Assembly: GCA_000092065.1 (NCBI GenBank)
Contig: CP000587.1
Source: Ostreococcus lucimarinus
Taxonomy: Eukaryota
DNA: 64,000 nt
Reading direction: 5' to 3' (one strand)
The notes below the pieces were generated by a model, which was given only the letters and a program-made list of their open reading frames with translations, had not been told where the DNA came from and searched no databases. This document shows, one piece after another, positions 50,820-62,100 of the stretch; position 1 is the first letter of the stretch; each line of letters opens with the position of its first letter. Position numbers and translations under genes: made by a program.

Positions 50820-52541
50820 ATGCCGCTCCCGCTCGATGTCACCGCGCGCGTCGCCGTCGCGCGCGCCGTCTCGGACGTCGACGCGCGCGCCGTCGTCGCG
50901 TTCGCCCTCGCGTTCGCCCTCGTCGTCGCCCTCGTCGTCGTCGCGCGCGCGCGGCGCGTCCTCGCGCGCGCGAACGTCGCCGCCGTGCGCTGGCGACCAA
51001 AGTTCTTGTGGCGGTTGTACCAGCGAAGCGCGCGGTCGCTGCTTCGGCGGGTGGAGGACAGGTTCTCGAGGACGGCGCGCGACGGCGGCGGCTCGGGACG
51101 ACGCGCGTTCGGCGCCGTCGTCGGCGCGTGCCCGTTCGTGCACGTGGGAGAAGCGAAATTGGCGAGGGACGTGCTTCGAGGAACGACGGTGAAATCGCCG
51201 CTGTATCACGCGTTCGAGGCGTTTTCGGGGACGGGGATATTCACCGCCGAGGGCGAGGATTGGGAAGGGAAGCGCGGCGAGGTGTTGCGGGCGTTTCACG
51301 CGGTTGGATTGCAGGCGTTGAGAGATCGCGCGGTGGAAGAAAGCGCGAGAATCGTTCGTGGGATGAAGCTAGAGCTCGAGCGGGGCGGGACGAGGGAGAT
51401 GGAGACGCTCGCGTTGCCGACGCTTCAGCGCTTGGCGTTGCGAGTGACGTTCGGGTATCTCACGGGGAATTCTCTCGCCGAGGCGTGCGCCGAGGTGGGA
51501 CGCGCGCAGGCGGACGTGGAGTCCGAGTATTTAGCCGCCGCGACGACGTTGAGGCATTTGATTCCCGCGCGCGCGCGGAGCATTTGGATATTTAGTGATT
51601 TTTTATACGGGTTGACACCGGTGGGTCGGCTCGAGGCGAAAAATATTAGGACGACCCGCATGTTGTCGAGCTTGGCGCTGCGAACGGCGAAGAAAGACTC
51701 TCCGCTCGGGATGTTACGAGGAGGTGAGATGCATCTGCGCGAACGAGCGGTTCGCGTCGGCGACGACGAGTTCCCCAAGGGACTCCTCGACGAGACGACG
51801 ACGCTTTTGTTCGCCGGTCACGACACGCAGAGCGCGACGTTATCTTGGGGTCTTCTGCGGCTCGTAGACAACGAGAAAATTCAGAACGAATTGCGCGTGA
51901 GTTTATTTGACGATGTGATCGTCGAAGCGTTGGGTCTACCGTCGAAGCGTCGGAAAAAACGCGCGTCGTCAGACGGTAAAAAAGCGGCGTGGGCCACGTC
52001 CGCGTTCGCTCCGATGCTCGAATCCGTGATTCGGGAGACGCTTCGTCTGCACCCAGTAGCGCCGCTCGTCGTGCGTATGCTTTCGGCAGACGTTAGTAGC
52101 GCCGAGATGACGATCCCGAAAGGTTGTGCGGTGGGCGTGTGGCTGAGTTCGGTGCACCGCGACGACGCGGTGTGGGATCGACCGGAGGAGTTCGACCCAA
52201 AGCGATGGACTGCAACTTCGCACGCGCGAACGGGTTCGACGGGTAGTTTCACGGAAGATAGCGAAGAAGATTCGAGTCTGGGGCCGGCATCAGGTAAGCC
52301 CGCGAGCGGGCTCAAGCATAAGGGCGTCGGGTACATGCCGTTCGCGTACGGTCCTCGTTCGTGCGTCGGGCAACACTTAGCTCAAGTCACGATGCGCGTC
52401 GCGCTCGCGCATCTCATCGAGGCGTTCGAGTTCGCGCCGAGCGCGGACGTTGACGCGTCGACACCGTCTGTGGGTTTCACGGTCACGCCGAGCACGGGCG
52501 CACCCTTACGAATTCGACTGGCGACGAAAATTGATCCATAG
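50820..52541 (+). CDS. Cytochrome P450 monooxygenase
   Basis: Helix I is FAGHDTQSATLSW, the ExxR motif is ETLRLHP, the PERF region is FDPKRW and the heme-binding loop is FAYGPRSCVGQHLA. The N-terminus has a membrane anchor and an Arg-rich stretch. I refined the start to the ATG at 50820. Confidence 0.8.
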   Translation: MPLPLDVTARVAVARAVSDVDARAVVAFALAFALVVALVVVARARRVLARANVAAVRWRPKFLWRLYQRSARSLLRRVEDRFSRTARDGGGSGRRAFGAVVGACPFVHVGEAKLARDVLRGTTVKSPLYHAFEAFSGTGIFTAEGEDWEGKRGEVLRAFHAVGLQALRDRAVEESARIVRGMKLELERGGTREMETLALPTLQRLALRVTFGYLTGNSLAEACAEVGRAQADVESEYLAAATTLRHLIPARARSIWIFSDFLYGLTPVGRLEAKNIRTTRMLSSLALRTAKKDSPLGMLRGGEMHLRERAVRVGDDEFPKGLLDETTTLLFAGHDTQSATLSWGLLRLVDNEKIQNELRVSLFDDVIVEALGLPSKRRKKRASSDGKKAAWATSAFAPMLESVIRETLRLHPVAPLVVRMLSADVSSAEMTIPKGCAVGVWLSSVHRDDAVWDRPEEFDPKRWTATSHARTGSTGSFTEDSEEDSSLGPASGKPASGLKHKGVGYMPFAYGPRSCVGQHLAQVTMRVALAHLIEAFEFAPSADVDASTPSVGFTVTPSTGAPLRIRLATKIDP

Positions 52542-52670
52542 CGCGGCACTAGTAGCAAAAACAATTCTTTCCATAAAATTAATACTTGTTTAACACGAAA
52601 CCACACGCTCACGAGCGGTCCCATCGCGCGCGCGCTAAGTTGCTACGCTAAATGCACCAGAACGACGCCA

Positions 52671-53225
52671 TCAATCCCATTTCGTCTCGAATCCCGCGGC
52701 CGTCAATCGTCTGCGAAGCTCTAACGCCCGCTTCGGCGTCGTCGGATACAACGCCGTGTGTTCGTCGATGTCCACGTAACTCACCCCAGCCTCATCCGCG
52801 ACGGCTTTTGCGTCGTGATAACGCACGCGACTCTTCAACTCTTGACTCATCCGTCCATCGCCGTACTTCGCGTCGCCCGCGCGCGGCACCTTCCAGTTGC
52901 CCACGAGATACCACCTTTGCTCGCCTTGATCCTCCGCGTAGTACAAATCGCTCACGTCGATCCCGCGCGCGGCGCAATCCTCGAGCGCTCGATCGACGTC
53001 CGATCCCTGTTTCGCCTTCCCCAGCCCCAGCGCGGCGACGCGCGCGCCAAAGACGATGAAACCGGCTTTGATGCCCGAGTCGAGCGTCACGATTTCGGAT
53101 AATCCGGAGGATTCAACCGCGCGTCGCGGCGCGCACACCGCGCGTCGACCGCGCGATGCGACGCGGTTCGACGACGCGCGACCGCACGCGAGTTCGCGCG
53201 CGTTGGCGCACCGCGCGGACGCCAT
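52671..53225 (-). CDS. Hypothetical protein (no confident family assignment)
   Basis: The 184-aa ORF reads more like real protein than low-complexity frame noise (IVTLDSGIKAGFIVFGARVAALGLGKAK...RWYLVGNWKVP...YVDIDEHTALYPTTPKRALELRRRL). It sits divergently from CCDC25. Confidence 0.3.
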   Translation of the reverse strand: MASARCANARELACGRASSNRVASRGRRAVCAPRRAVESSGLSEIVTLDSGIKAGFIVFGARVAALGLGKAKQGSDVDRALEDCAARGIDVSDLYYAEDQGEQRWYLVGNWKVPRAGDAKYGDGRMSQELKSRVRYHDAKAVADEAGVSYVDIDEHTALYPTTPKRALELRRRLTAAGFETKWD

Positions 53226-53269
53226 GACGCCACAATCTGACGCATCGCGTCGCGCCCATCCGTCCCCGC

Positions 53270-53926
53270 ATGGTGCTGTACTACACCCCCGCGGACGCGG
53301 CGACGACGGGGCACGTCATCTACGTCGGCAGGGACAAGGTGGAGAACGAGGACTTGATAAAATATGGCCTCGAGCACGACGTGTGGTTTCACGTCGATAA
53401 GCTCTCGAGCGCGCACGTGTACCTGAGGATGCGACCGGGACAGACGATGGATGACATCACTGCCGAAGAGTTGCGCGACTGCGCGCAGCTCGTCAAGGCG
53501 AATTCGATCGCGGGGAACAAACAGAACGATTTGCACGTGATTTACACGCCGTGGGGGAATCTGCTGAAGCGAGGGGACATGGACGTCGGACAGGTGTCGT
53601 TCAAGGATGAGTCGAACGCGCTCGTGCGGCGGGTCAAGGTGAAGACGCGCGATAACGAAATCGTGAACCGATTGAATAAGACGAAGGTGGAGGCGTATCC
53701 GGACTTGCACGCGGAGCGGGAGGCTTTCGAGGAGAGCGTGCGACAGGCGAAGAAGGAGGCGTATAGGATCGAGGAGGCGAAGCGATTGGAGGAGGAGCGC
53801 GCGAGAAAAGCCGACATCGAAGCGCGAGACTACAAGCACATCATGGTCGACGAAAAGATGAAATCTAACAAGGAAATGGCGAAGAAGTACGAATCTTACG
53901 AGGATGCCGAGGATGACTTCATGTAG
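53270..53926 (+). CDS. CCDC25: Coiled-coil domain-containing protein 25 (NFACT-R_1/DUF814 family)
   Basis: MVLYYTPADAATTGHVIYVGRDKVENEDLIKYGLEHDVWFHVDKLSSAHVYLRM...CAQLVKANSIAGNKQNDLHVIYTPWGNLLKRGDMDVGQVSF is collinear with human CCDC25 over the whole length, including the terminal ...DDFM. Confidence 0.8.
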   Translation: MVLYYTPADAATTGHVIYVGRDKVENEDLIKYGLEHDVWFHVDKLSSAHVYLRMRPGQTMDDITAEELRDCAQLVKANSIAGNKQNDLHVIYTPWGNLLKRGDMDVGQVSFKDESNALVRRVKVKTRDNEIVNRLNKTKVEAYPDLHAEREAFEESVRQAKKEAYRIEEAKRLEEERARKADIEARDYKHIMVDEKMKSNKEMAKKYESYEDAEDDFM

Positions 53927-54113
53927 GTAGCGTAGCTTTTTAATTTTTCAGTATGTCTCATAACACTCGATATTTCACTTTGTGCGCGAACCGGGCTAAT
54001 GGATGGCTCTGAAAAGCGAGAGCGCACGAGTTTGGATTTAATGCACGTGCAGTAGGACAGCGGAACTGGCCGCTCTGTCGCGAAGCTTCATCTCTACTAT
54101 GGAGGCTTGCACC

Positions 54114-55355
54114 TTAGATGAGATCGGCGACGTTGGAGGGAAGTTCCTCGATGACCGTTTGGTAGAAACGTTGGATGTCTTGGAGGAGACGTTCGTCTTC
54201 GGCGGTAACAAAGTTGATGGAAACACCCTTACGACCGAAACGACCGGAACGACCGATACGGTGAAGGTAGTTTTCGGGTTGCGTGGGCAAGTCATAGTTG
54301 ATGACCAAGGAAACTTGCTGGACGTCGATACCACGGGCGAGTAAATCGGTGGTGATCAACACGCGGGAAGAACCAGAGCGGAACTCGCGCATAATGACGT
54401 CACGAGTGTTTTGGTCCATGTCACCGTGCGTGGCGGAGACGGTGAAATCGCGGGCTCGCATGTTATCCGTGAGCCAGTCGACCTTGCGGCGGGTGTTGGC
54501 GAAGATGACGGACTGCGTAATCGCGAGCGTCTCGTACAAGTCGCACAACGTGTCCAACTTCCATTGTTCCTTGTCGACGTTGACGTAGAACTGCTTGATA
54601 CCTTCAAGGGTGAGCTCATCACGCTTGACCAAAATGCGCACCGGCTTGGTCATGAACTTGCGCGTGATCTCGAGCGCTTCCGGCGGGAGCGTCGCGGAGA
54701 AAACACCAACTTGCACCTTCGGCGGGAGCAAGGTGAAAATGTCGTAAATTTGATCCTTGAAACCGCGGGAAAGCATTTCATCGGCTTCATCGAGAGCGAA
54801 AATCTTGATAGAATCGCTCTTCAACGCGCGTCGACGAAGCATATCGTACACCCGACCCGGGGTACCGACGATGACGTGCACACCGGCTTGAAGGATGCGG
54901 GTGTCTTCGCGGACGGAGGTACCACCGACGCACGCGTGGCACTTGACTTGAAGGTAGTCGCCCAAGGCGCGCATAACCTTTTCAATCTGCTGCGCCAACT
55001 CGCGGGTCGGCGCCAAAACGAGCGCTTGGCACTCGTGAACGGAGTAATCCAAGCTTTGCAAGATACCAGCGCAGAAAGTCGCCGTCTTACCCGTACCGGA
55101 TTGCGCTTGCTGAATGACGTCGAAGCCCTTCGAAAACGGCACGATGCCCCGTTGCTGAATAGCAGACGGCTTTTCGAAACCATACGCGTAGATCCCGCGC
55201 AACAAGTTCTCTTGCAAGTTCATCGTATCGAACGTTTCGTGCACCTCGGTCCACTCCGTGATGCCACCCTCTCCGTTCTCATCCTGGTCATCCTTGAGGA
55301 GTTCCTCCATGCCGCGATCGTAGTTCGCGTCGTCGAATCCGCCTTCTCCAGACAT
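54114..55355 (-). CDS. EIF4A: Eukaryotic translation initiation factor 4A (DEAD-box helicase)
   Basis: Full-length eIF4A with Q motif, [21 protein letters not shown] and [13 protein letters not shown]. An ACTGAC-N27-AG acceptor 23 nt upstream of the ATG indicates a 5'UTR intron. Confidence 0.95.
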   Translation of the reverse strand: MSGEGGFDDANYDRGMEELLKDDQDENGEGGITEWTEVHETFDTMNLQENLLRGIYAYGFEKPSAIQQRGIVPFSKGFDVIQQAQSGTGKTATFCAGILQSLDYSVHECQALVLAPTRELAQQIEKVMRALGDYLQVKCHACVGGTSVREDTRILQAGVHVIVGTPGRVYDMLRRRALKSDSIKIFALDEADEMLSRGFKDQIYDIFTLLPPKVQVGVFSATLPPEALEITRKFMTKPVRILVKRDELTLEGIKQFYVNVDKEQWKLDTLCDLYETLAITQSVIFANTRRKVDWLTDNMRARDFTVSATHGDMDQNTRDVIMREFRSGSSRVLITTDLLARGIDVQQVSLVINYDLPTQPENYLHRIGRSGRFGRKGVSINFVTAEDERLLQDIQRFYQTVIEELPSNVADLI

Positions 55356-55958
55356 GATTTATGCGTTTCTTTCGTGTGCTGTCGATCGAGTACGTCACGG
55401 ACACCGTCAGTCTTCATTCACCGCGTCTTCATCCCCCCCCCCCAGCCGTCGTTCGACGCCCCGCGTCCGAGACCTCGATCGCTAAGATTGACTCCGATGG
55501 AATCCATCCCGCGGCGGCGCCATCGCCGCCATCGCATTCGCCCCGTCGACGCCGTCACCGATCGCGCCTCGCCGCCGTCGACGCCGCGCGACGATCGCGA
55601 AATCCACTCCCGATCGTTCGCCGCGCGAGCGCGCGCGAACGTCCGATCGCGCGCGCGCGATCGCGCGCATTCGCGACGCGCCGCCGCATCGCGATGCGAT
55701 GCGCGGATTCGCGCGCATCTTCTCGCGTCTTCGCGCGTCGCGCGACGCGGTCGCGGTCGCGCGCGCGCGCGTCCGCGCGCGATCGAAATCGACGAACCTT
55801 TTGTGGGTGCGTTAGGGTGCGGTCGTGCGTTTCAAACGCGACTGTGTGCGGTCGTCGCGTCGCGCGCAGGGCTTGCGCGCGCGGGCGATAAGACGCAGAT
55901 TTCGCGCCTCGTTATTTAGGGTTTATGTTGATACATGTATTTTGTGTTTATATATGTA

Positions 55959-56789
55959 ATGTCGGCGACCGCGACGACGCGACGACGCGCGCGCGCGCGC
56001 ACACGCCCGCGCGCGCGCGACGCGTCGAGCGATCGCGAGCGCGCGATGTCGGCGTCGCGTTCGACGTTCGCGACCGGCGCGACGCGCGGGATCGCGCGCG
56101 CGGACGCGCGGCGAAGGCGGACGGGGACGGGGACGGGACGCGCGAGGACGACGACGACGCGCGCGCTGTTCACGGGATTGGTCCAGGGGAAGGCGCGCGT
56201 GGAGTCGTTTGAAAATTTGAACGATGAGTTCGCGCGGTTGACGCTGCGGTTCCCGGGGAACGCGCTCGAGGGGATCTCGCTCGGGGCGTCGGTGGCGGTG
56301 AACGGGACGTGCCTGACGGTGACGGCGGTCGACGGGGACGCGGCGAGCTTTGATTTGATCGTCGAGACGCTCAGGGCGACGAATTTGGGGAAGTTGATCG
56401 TGGGGTCGGAGGTGAATTACGAGCGGAGCGCGCGCGTGGGAGACGAGATCGGGGGTCACACGGTGAGCGGACACGTGCACTGCACGGCGGAAATCGTGGA
56501 GGTGGTCGATAGCGAACACAATCGAAAGGTGGTGTTCGAGACGAGCGATCGGGCGCTGATAAAGTACGTGTTGCCCAAGGGATTCATCGCCATCGATGGG
56601 TGCAGTCTGACCGTGGGGGACGTGGACAAGGCGACGGGGCGATTCAACGTTTGGCTCATCCCGGAGACGCTGCGCGTCACGGTGTTCGGCGCGAAGTCCA
56701 TCGGCGACACCGTCAACGTGGAGATTGAGTCGCAGACGCAAGTCATCGTGGACACGATCGAACGGTACATGACCGAAAGAGGGCTCTAG
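55959..56789 (+). CDS. Riboflavin synthase alpha chain (RibC/RibE-type lumazine-binding repeats) with an organellar presequence
   Basis: FTGLVQGKARVESFE...LGASVAVNGTCLTVTAV...FDLIVETLRATNLG and the second repeat ...IAIDGCSLTVGDVD...FNVWLIPETLRVTVFG match the riboflavin synthase signature. I refined the start to the ATG at 55959. Confidence 0.8.
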   Translation: MSATATTRRRARARTRPRARDASSDRERAMSASRSTFATGATRGIARADARRRRTGTGTGRARTTTTRALFTGLVQGKARVESFENLNDEFARLTLRFPGNALEGISLGASVAVNGTCLTVTAVDGDAASFDLIVETLRATNLGKLIVGSEVNYERSARVGDEIGGHTVSGHVHCTAEIVEVVDSEHNRKVVFETSDRALIKYVLPKGFIAIDGCSLTVGDVDKATGRFNVWLIPETLRVTVFGAKSIGDTVNVEIESQTQVIVDTIERYMTERGL

Positions 56790-56904
56790 ATGCTAATTTT
56801 TTAGATGTATTAAAACAACAACCATATGCCAGACTTATTTCTTGAAAATTTTTCCTTCTCTATTCCGAGGCGAGACTTGCAAAGGTGCCCTCGCGTAACG
56901 CGTA

Positions 56905-58623
56905 TCATAGGATACCCTTCATGTAACGCACGCCGCACGCGTTGCACAACGTCTTCTTACCCTCGGGTCCCATGCGCCACTGCGGCGTTTTAACGGTCCC
57001 ACAGTGCAAGCAACCTCGACGCATCTTCTTGCCGTTGGCCATGACGTAGACGTCGGTGGCGCACACGCCCTTGTCCTTTTTAATCTTCTTGTACGCCTTG
57101 GCGCGGCGACCACGCCCATCCGGACGGCGCTTACGCTTCGTCGTCGAGCCCGCGATGAGCTTGGGCGACTTCTTCGCGCTGTGAGCGACGAGATCGGCGT
57201 CGGAATCTTCGCTATCCGTCAACCCTCGATGGTTCGCGCTATCCTCGACGTTGGCGCGTTCGCTCGACGACGGCGTCACGAGAGCGCTGGAGACGCGAAA
57301 GACGCGCCCATCCGCGGCGGTGGCGAAATGTTCCTGGAACTCGTACGCCGATTCATCCGCCATCGCGCTGCAATCTTGCCCGCTAAAATCATCCTCTTCC
57401 TCGTCGCCACACAGCAGCGCGCTCTTCACCGCAAAGTCGATGGCTGGCTCGCGCGCGTCTCGCGCGAGCGCCCGCGCCTCGCGCCTCGCCGCGAAAGCCT
57501 CGGGTTCGGTGATAAAATCCACCGGCGCATCAACGGTGCGCATGAACTCATCTTCATCATCGAGCAAAAAAGAGCTACTCTCGCGCATGGCTTTAGTAAA
57601 CCGATGCGCGTCGCCCTCGTCCTCGTCCTCGTCTTCGTTATCGCTCACGCCATCCTCGACGTCCCCGTTCGGACGCTCGAGCCACTCCGGCGCGATGTAC
57701 GGCACCGAATGCGCGCCGCCGTACGCGAAACAATCCATCTCATCCTCCTTACACGTCATGATATCCCCCCCCACGCTCGGCAAAGAGTTGAGCACCTCCC
57801 AAGCGTAATCGCGCGCCGGCGCGCGCGCCTCGACTTCGTCCCACGCGCGCGCGAGCGCGTCCCAATCATCCGCCGCCGCCCGCCCCTCGCGCGCCTCGCG
57901 CGTTGCCGCCGCTCTCACCGCGTCGCCCTCGCGCCCGCCGTCGATCGTCGCGCGCTTCTCGCCCTCGCCCTCGCCCTCGTCGCCGCTCGCGAAATCAACC
58001 CGAAACAAATCCTCCAGCGCGAAATCTCGGGTGCTCGGTTTCGCGCCCAAAAAGTCGCCAGGTGCCGCGCGCGCGCGCGCGTGCCCACCCATCGCGCGCG
58101 CGCCCGTCGTCGCCCGCGCGCGCCGCGCGATCGCGCGATCGCGCGCGAACGACGTTAAATGTGCGCCCTCCGCGCGCGCCCTCGCGCGCGCCCTCGCGCG
58201 CGCCGTCGTCGCGTCCTCGCCCGCGCCGACGCGCGCGACGCGCGCGGTCGCGACGCGCGCGCGGTCAACGCCCGCGCCGACGCGCGCGCCGCGCCCTCGC
58301 GCGCCCGATCGCGCCGCGCGCGCGACGCGCGCGCGCGCGATATTCTTCCCCATCGCCCGCGCCCCGCCCGACCCCGCGCTCGCGCGCGCGCGCGTCGCCG
58401 TCGCGCCCCGATCGTCGACGACGACGTCGCCGCGACGCCGTAAAGGCGTTTTCGTCGTCGCGCGCGATCGCGCGGGCCGTCGCGCGCGCGTCGCCACCAT
58501 CGCGCGCGCGGCGAGCGTCGTCGCGCGCGAGAAAACCCTCGTCGCGGCGCGCGTCGCGAGCGCGTCGCGAACGCGCCGTCGTCGTCGCGCGTCGAGGTGT
58601 GCGACGCGCGCGCGCTTCGACAT
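56905..58623 (-). CDS. GATA-type zinc-finger transcription factor with a long low-complexity N-terminus
   Basis: The C-terminus ...[33 protein letters not shown] is a canonical C-x2-C-x17-C-x2-C GATA finger. The rest is Ala/Arg/Asp-rich, and the start is uncertain. Confidence 0.6.
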   Translation of the reverse strand: MSKRARVAHLDARRRRRVRDALATRAATRVFSRATTLAARAMVATRARRPARSRATTKTPLRRRGDVVVDDRGATATRARASAGSGGARAMGKNIARARVARAARSGARGRGARVGAGVDRARVATARVARVGAGEDATTARARARARARAEGAHLTSFARDRAIARRARATTGARAMGGHARARAAPGDFLGAKPSTRDFALEDLFRVDFASGDEGEGEGEKRATIDGGREGDAVRAAATREAREGRAAADDWDALARAWDEVEARAPARDYAWEVLNSLPSVGGDIMTCKEDEMDCFAYGGAHSVPYIAPEWLERPNGDVEDGVSDNEDEDEDEGDAHRFTKAMRESSSFLLDDEDEFMRTVDAPVDFITEPEAFAARREARALARDAREPAIDFAVKSALLCGDEEEDDFSGQDCSAMADESAYEFQEHFATAADGRVFRVSSALVTPSSSERANVEDSANHRGLTDSEDSDADLVAHSAKKSPKLIAGSTTKRKRRPDGRGRRAKAYKKIKKDKGVCATDVYVMANGKKMRRGCLHCGTVKTPQWRMGPEGKKTLCNACGVRYMKGIL

Positions 58624-59085
58624 CCGTCATCGTCCGACCGGCACGCGCGCGCCGAGCACGCGCCGGAGGTTTTCCGCGTGCGGGGACTCGCGACGAGTCA
58701 CGACTCGAGAGGCCCACGCGCGCGCGCGACCGATCGACCGGGTGTACTTTTTCGCGCGCGCGCGTTTCGGCGGGAAAACGAGATTCCGTAGTGCGGCGTT
58801 CGCGAGCGCCATGTATCTTTCGCGCGTCCCGTCGCGCGGCGCGCGCGCGCGCGAAACCGAAACGTCGTTCGCGGCGTCGGTCGCGGGCGTTCGCCGGTGG
58901 AGGGCGTTCGCCGGTGGAGGGCGTTTCGGCGCGCGCGGCGCCGCGCGATCGCGCGCGATCGACTCGAGTGCGCGGCGCGCCGACGCGACGAACGCGCGAC
59001 GCGCGACGCGCGAGCGACGGCGACGCGCGACGACGCGCGACGCGCGACGTCAGGGCGCGCGACGACGCGCGGGCGCGACGCGCGC

Positions 59086-59109
59086 GACGACGACGACGAC
59101 GACGACGAC
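59086..59109. repeat. (GAC)8 trinucleotide microsatellite in the GATA/CNOT1 divergent intergenic region
   Basis: gacgacgacgacgacgacgacgac lies immediately upstream of the CNOT1 ATG region. Confidence 0.8.
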
Positions 59110-59155
59110 GGCGTGATCCGCGAACGTGACGGGACGCGGCGTCGGGGCGCGCGCG

Positions 59156-62100
59156 ATGGGCGATGGGTCGTCCAAGGGAGACGTGGACGCGCAGAGGTTA
59201 GCGTCGGTGGCGTCCACGGCGGAGGCGATGGAGGAGCTCGGGTACGCGTGCGCGCACGCGAAAGATTCATTGATTGAAATTCTAGGGAAATTGCCAAAGT
59301 TGGACGACGCGGGGTTGGCGAAAGTGGTCGGGATGATCGCGAGGACGAGCTCTGGGAAGTTAGAAACGTCGAGGGGGGAGGCTGCGTTGGTGTCGTTGGC
59401 GAAAAGCGCCGGGATCGCGGCGCCGAGCGCGGAGGCGTTGCGATTGACGACGTGGAACGGGGACGTCGTGGTGGACGCCGTCAACGCGACGTATAAGGAT
59501 TTAAATTGGGAGAACGCGATGGAAAAGCTCGATCAACCCGAGTTTGGATGTCCGGACGCGAGTTCGTTTCAGTTGATCTGCGACATGTACTCACGAGCGA
59601 CTGGGAAGAGCTTCCCGGCGAAGGCTTTGTGCGCGGCGCCGTGGGGAAAGAATCAGGCGGGTCAGATTGAGGCGCTGCGACAACTCTTAGGTTCGCCGCA
59701 GGAGTCGTGCGATTGGGGGAGTTTGAAGCATGTCGACGTTGAAGGGACGTTAGCGGGGCCTTGGGGGTGTTTGGATTTGATGTCGACGCTTTGCTCGTTG
59801 AGCGAAACCGGACACCGAGACGCGGCGAGGGGGGCGCTCGAGCCGGGCGCCGGGCGGTCTCCGGAGACGGTGTGCATCACTCTCGCGCAAGTTTGCGACG
59901 AACACAACGCGCTCGCGCGCGATGCTTTCGGTGCGTTATTGCCTCCGTACGTGGCGACGTCACACCCTAAGTCGGGGTTGGTTTTGAGCAACGTGTGGGG
60001 GCGTCACTCGGTGGCGGTGATTCGCGCCATGGTTGACGCGCACACGTCATCACCGGCCGCGGCCGATCGTATCTTTGACGTTTGTCAAGAGTTGAACGCC
60101 TTGCAAGTTATCATCGATCGATCGCCGTTTCCCTTGGCGATTGAGATGGTTTCTATCGCCTCCGTCCGCGCGGGCGTAAACTTGGAGCAGTGGCTGCAAG
60201 AGAAGATCAAAGCCAACGGTGGCGCGTTTGTGAGCGCGTGCATGCGGTTCTTGCGCGCGAAGGCGACGCAAGAGGGTGGAGATAAGGGTGCCACGCCGCT
60301 CAAGCCAGAGGTTTTGCAGACTTTCTTGAAGGTTTTACAAGGCGCGCAGCAGACGATGCCGCCCGATTTGCAGGCGGAGCTTCGCCAACTCGTCGCGCAG
60401 ATTCAAAACTCGCCAAACAAAGGTCGAGATTCGAGCGCGGCTTCGGACGATTTGTCCGTGCAAGCCGGCACCGCGCAAGGTTTCACGCCGGACGTGGAAG
60501 AAGAGGCCAACCGCTACTTCCAGCGCGTGTATTCTATGCAGCAGTCCATCGGGGAGTTGGTCGAGGTGCTGCGCGCTTTCAGAGTGAGCCAAGTGCAACG
60601 CGAACGCGATGTGTTCTCGTGCATGGTGCACAACTTGTTTGATGAATACAAGTTCTTCCCGAAGTATCCAGAAAAGGAGTTGAGAATCACAGCTGTGCTC
60701 TTCGGTCAGCTCATCTTCCACAATCTCGTGAGTAACATCACTCTCGGCGTTGCTTTGCGTTGCGTCTTGGACGCGCTTCGCAAGCCGCAAGGATCAAAGA
60801 TGTTTGCCTTCGGGTCGGATGCTCTCGAGCAATTCAAGCGTCGACTCACTGAGTGGCCACAATACTGCCAGCACTTGGCGCAGATTCCGAATCTCGCGCA
60901 GGCACACCCTGATTTGTTGCACCTATTCTCTAAAGGTAACGATCAAACCGTGGCGCTCGGTCGAAGCGAACCGAGCATGAACACCGCGGCGAATGCCGAC
61001 GCACAACTTGCCGCTGGAGTCGCGGGAATGCGTATCGGTGGTGGCGACAGTGGAGGTGAAGGAAACCACCCACCTTTACCTCGATCACTGTCTTCCGGGA
61101 TGAACTTACCGCCTCAACCACCGGGACCTCCTCCAGCGGGAGAGTCGGCGCCCGCGCCGGCGGCCAGTCGTCTGACGACACGCGGTATGAGTACGCCAGA
61201 GATTGGTCAGATCGCTCGCGTGTCGAGCGGTGGACAAATCGCCGCGGCGGCATCCGGTGCGCCCAGCGGCTTCGCTACGTCTTTGAACATCGACACCTTG
61301 GTCGCCGCCAGCGCCGAAGCAAAGCAGCCAGACGCGGCGACAGCGGACAAGGTTCACTTTTTGGTGAACAATCTGTCGGCGGAGAACATGGAAGAAAAGG
61401 CGGCTGAAGTCAAGTCCAAGGTGAGCGCAGATCTGTACGAATGGTTTGCCGGTTATCTCGTGGTGAAGCGTGCGTCGATTGAACCAAACTACCACGCGCT
61501 TTACCTCGAGCTTCTCGAGAAGGTTGGCGACAAGAATTTGTACGCCGCGATTTTGCAGGCCACGTACCGAAACATCAAGGTTTTGTTGTCAAGCGGTAAG
61601 GTCAAGACGAACAGCGGCGAGCGCAGCTTGTTGAAGAATCTCGGCTCGTGGCTCGGTCAACTCACCATCTCGAAGCGTAAGCCCGTGCTTCAGCGTGACT
61701 TGGACCTCAAGGAGCTGATTTTGGAAAGCTACGAATCCGGTCGCATGATCGGCGTCGTGCCCTTCGTCGCCAAGGTGCTCGAACCGGCTAAAGACAACAT
61801 GATCTTTAAACCGCCGAATCCTTGGACGGTGGCCATTTTGTCGTTGTTGTGCGAAATCTATAACGAACGCGACTTGAAGCTGAACCTGAAGTTTGAGATG
61901 GAACGGCTGTTCAAGCATTTGGACGTCAACATTAAGGACATCGAGCCTTCGATGTTGCTCGCGTCTCGAATGCGCGAGCGCCAAAACAACCCCGACTTTG
62001 TCGCGGACAAGAATTTTGCAGCGCCGGTACCGTTGCAATCGGCCGCATCAGAAGGGTCGCTTCAGCAGCACGGCGTTGTCGGTCGTAGTATGGATGAGGA

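Noticed and set aside
55431-55441. Homopolymer C10 at 55431-55441 (and G9 at 4176-4184 inside the LSm5 C-terminus)
   Set aside because: Short homopolymer runs, one in the eIF4A 5' flank and one coding (GGGGGG = Gly-Gly). They are too short to call as G-quadruplex or other regulatory elements without supporting evidence. I note them only as potential sequencing-error hotspots.
56917-56925. TGTAA on the plus strand at about 56920 near the end of the GATA factor gene
   Set aside because: It lies inside the minus-strand GATA coding sequence and downstream of no plus-strand stop. I take it as a chance occurrence and not a poly(A) signal.
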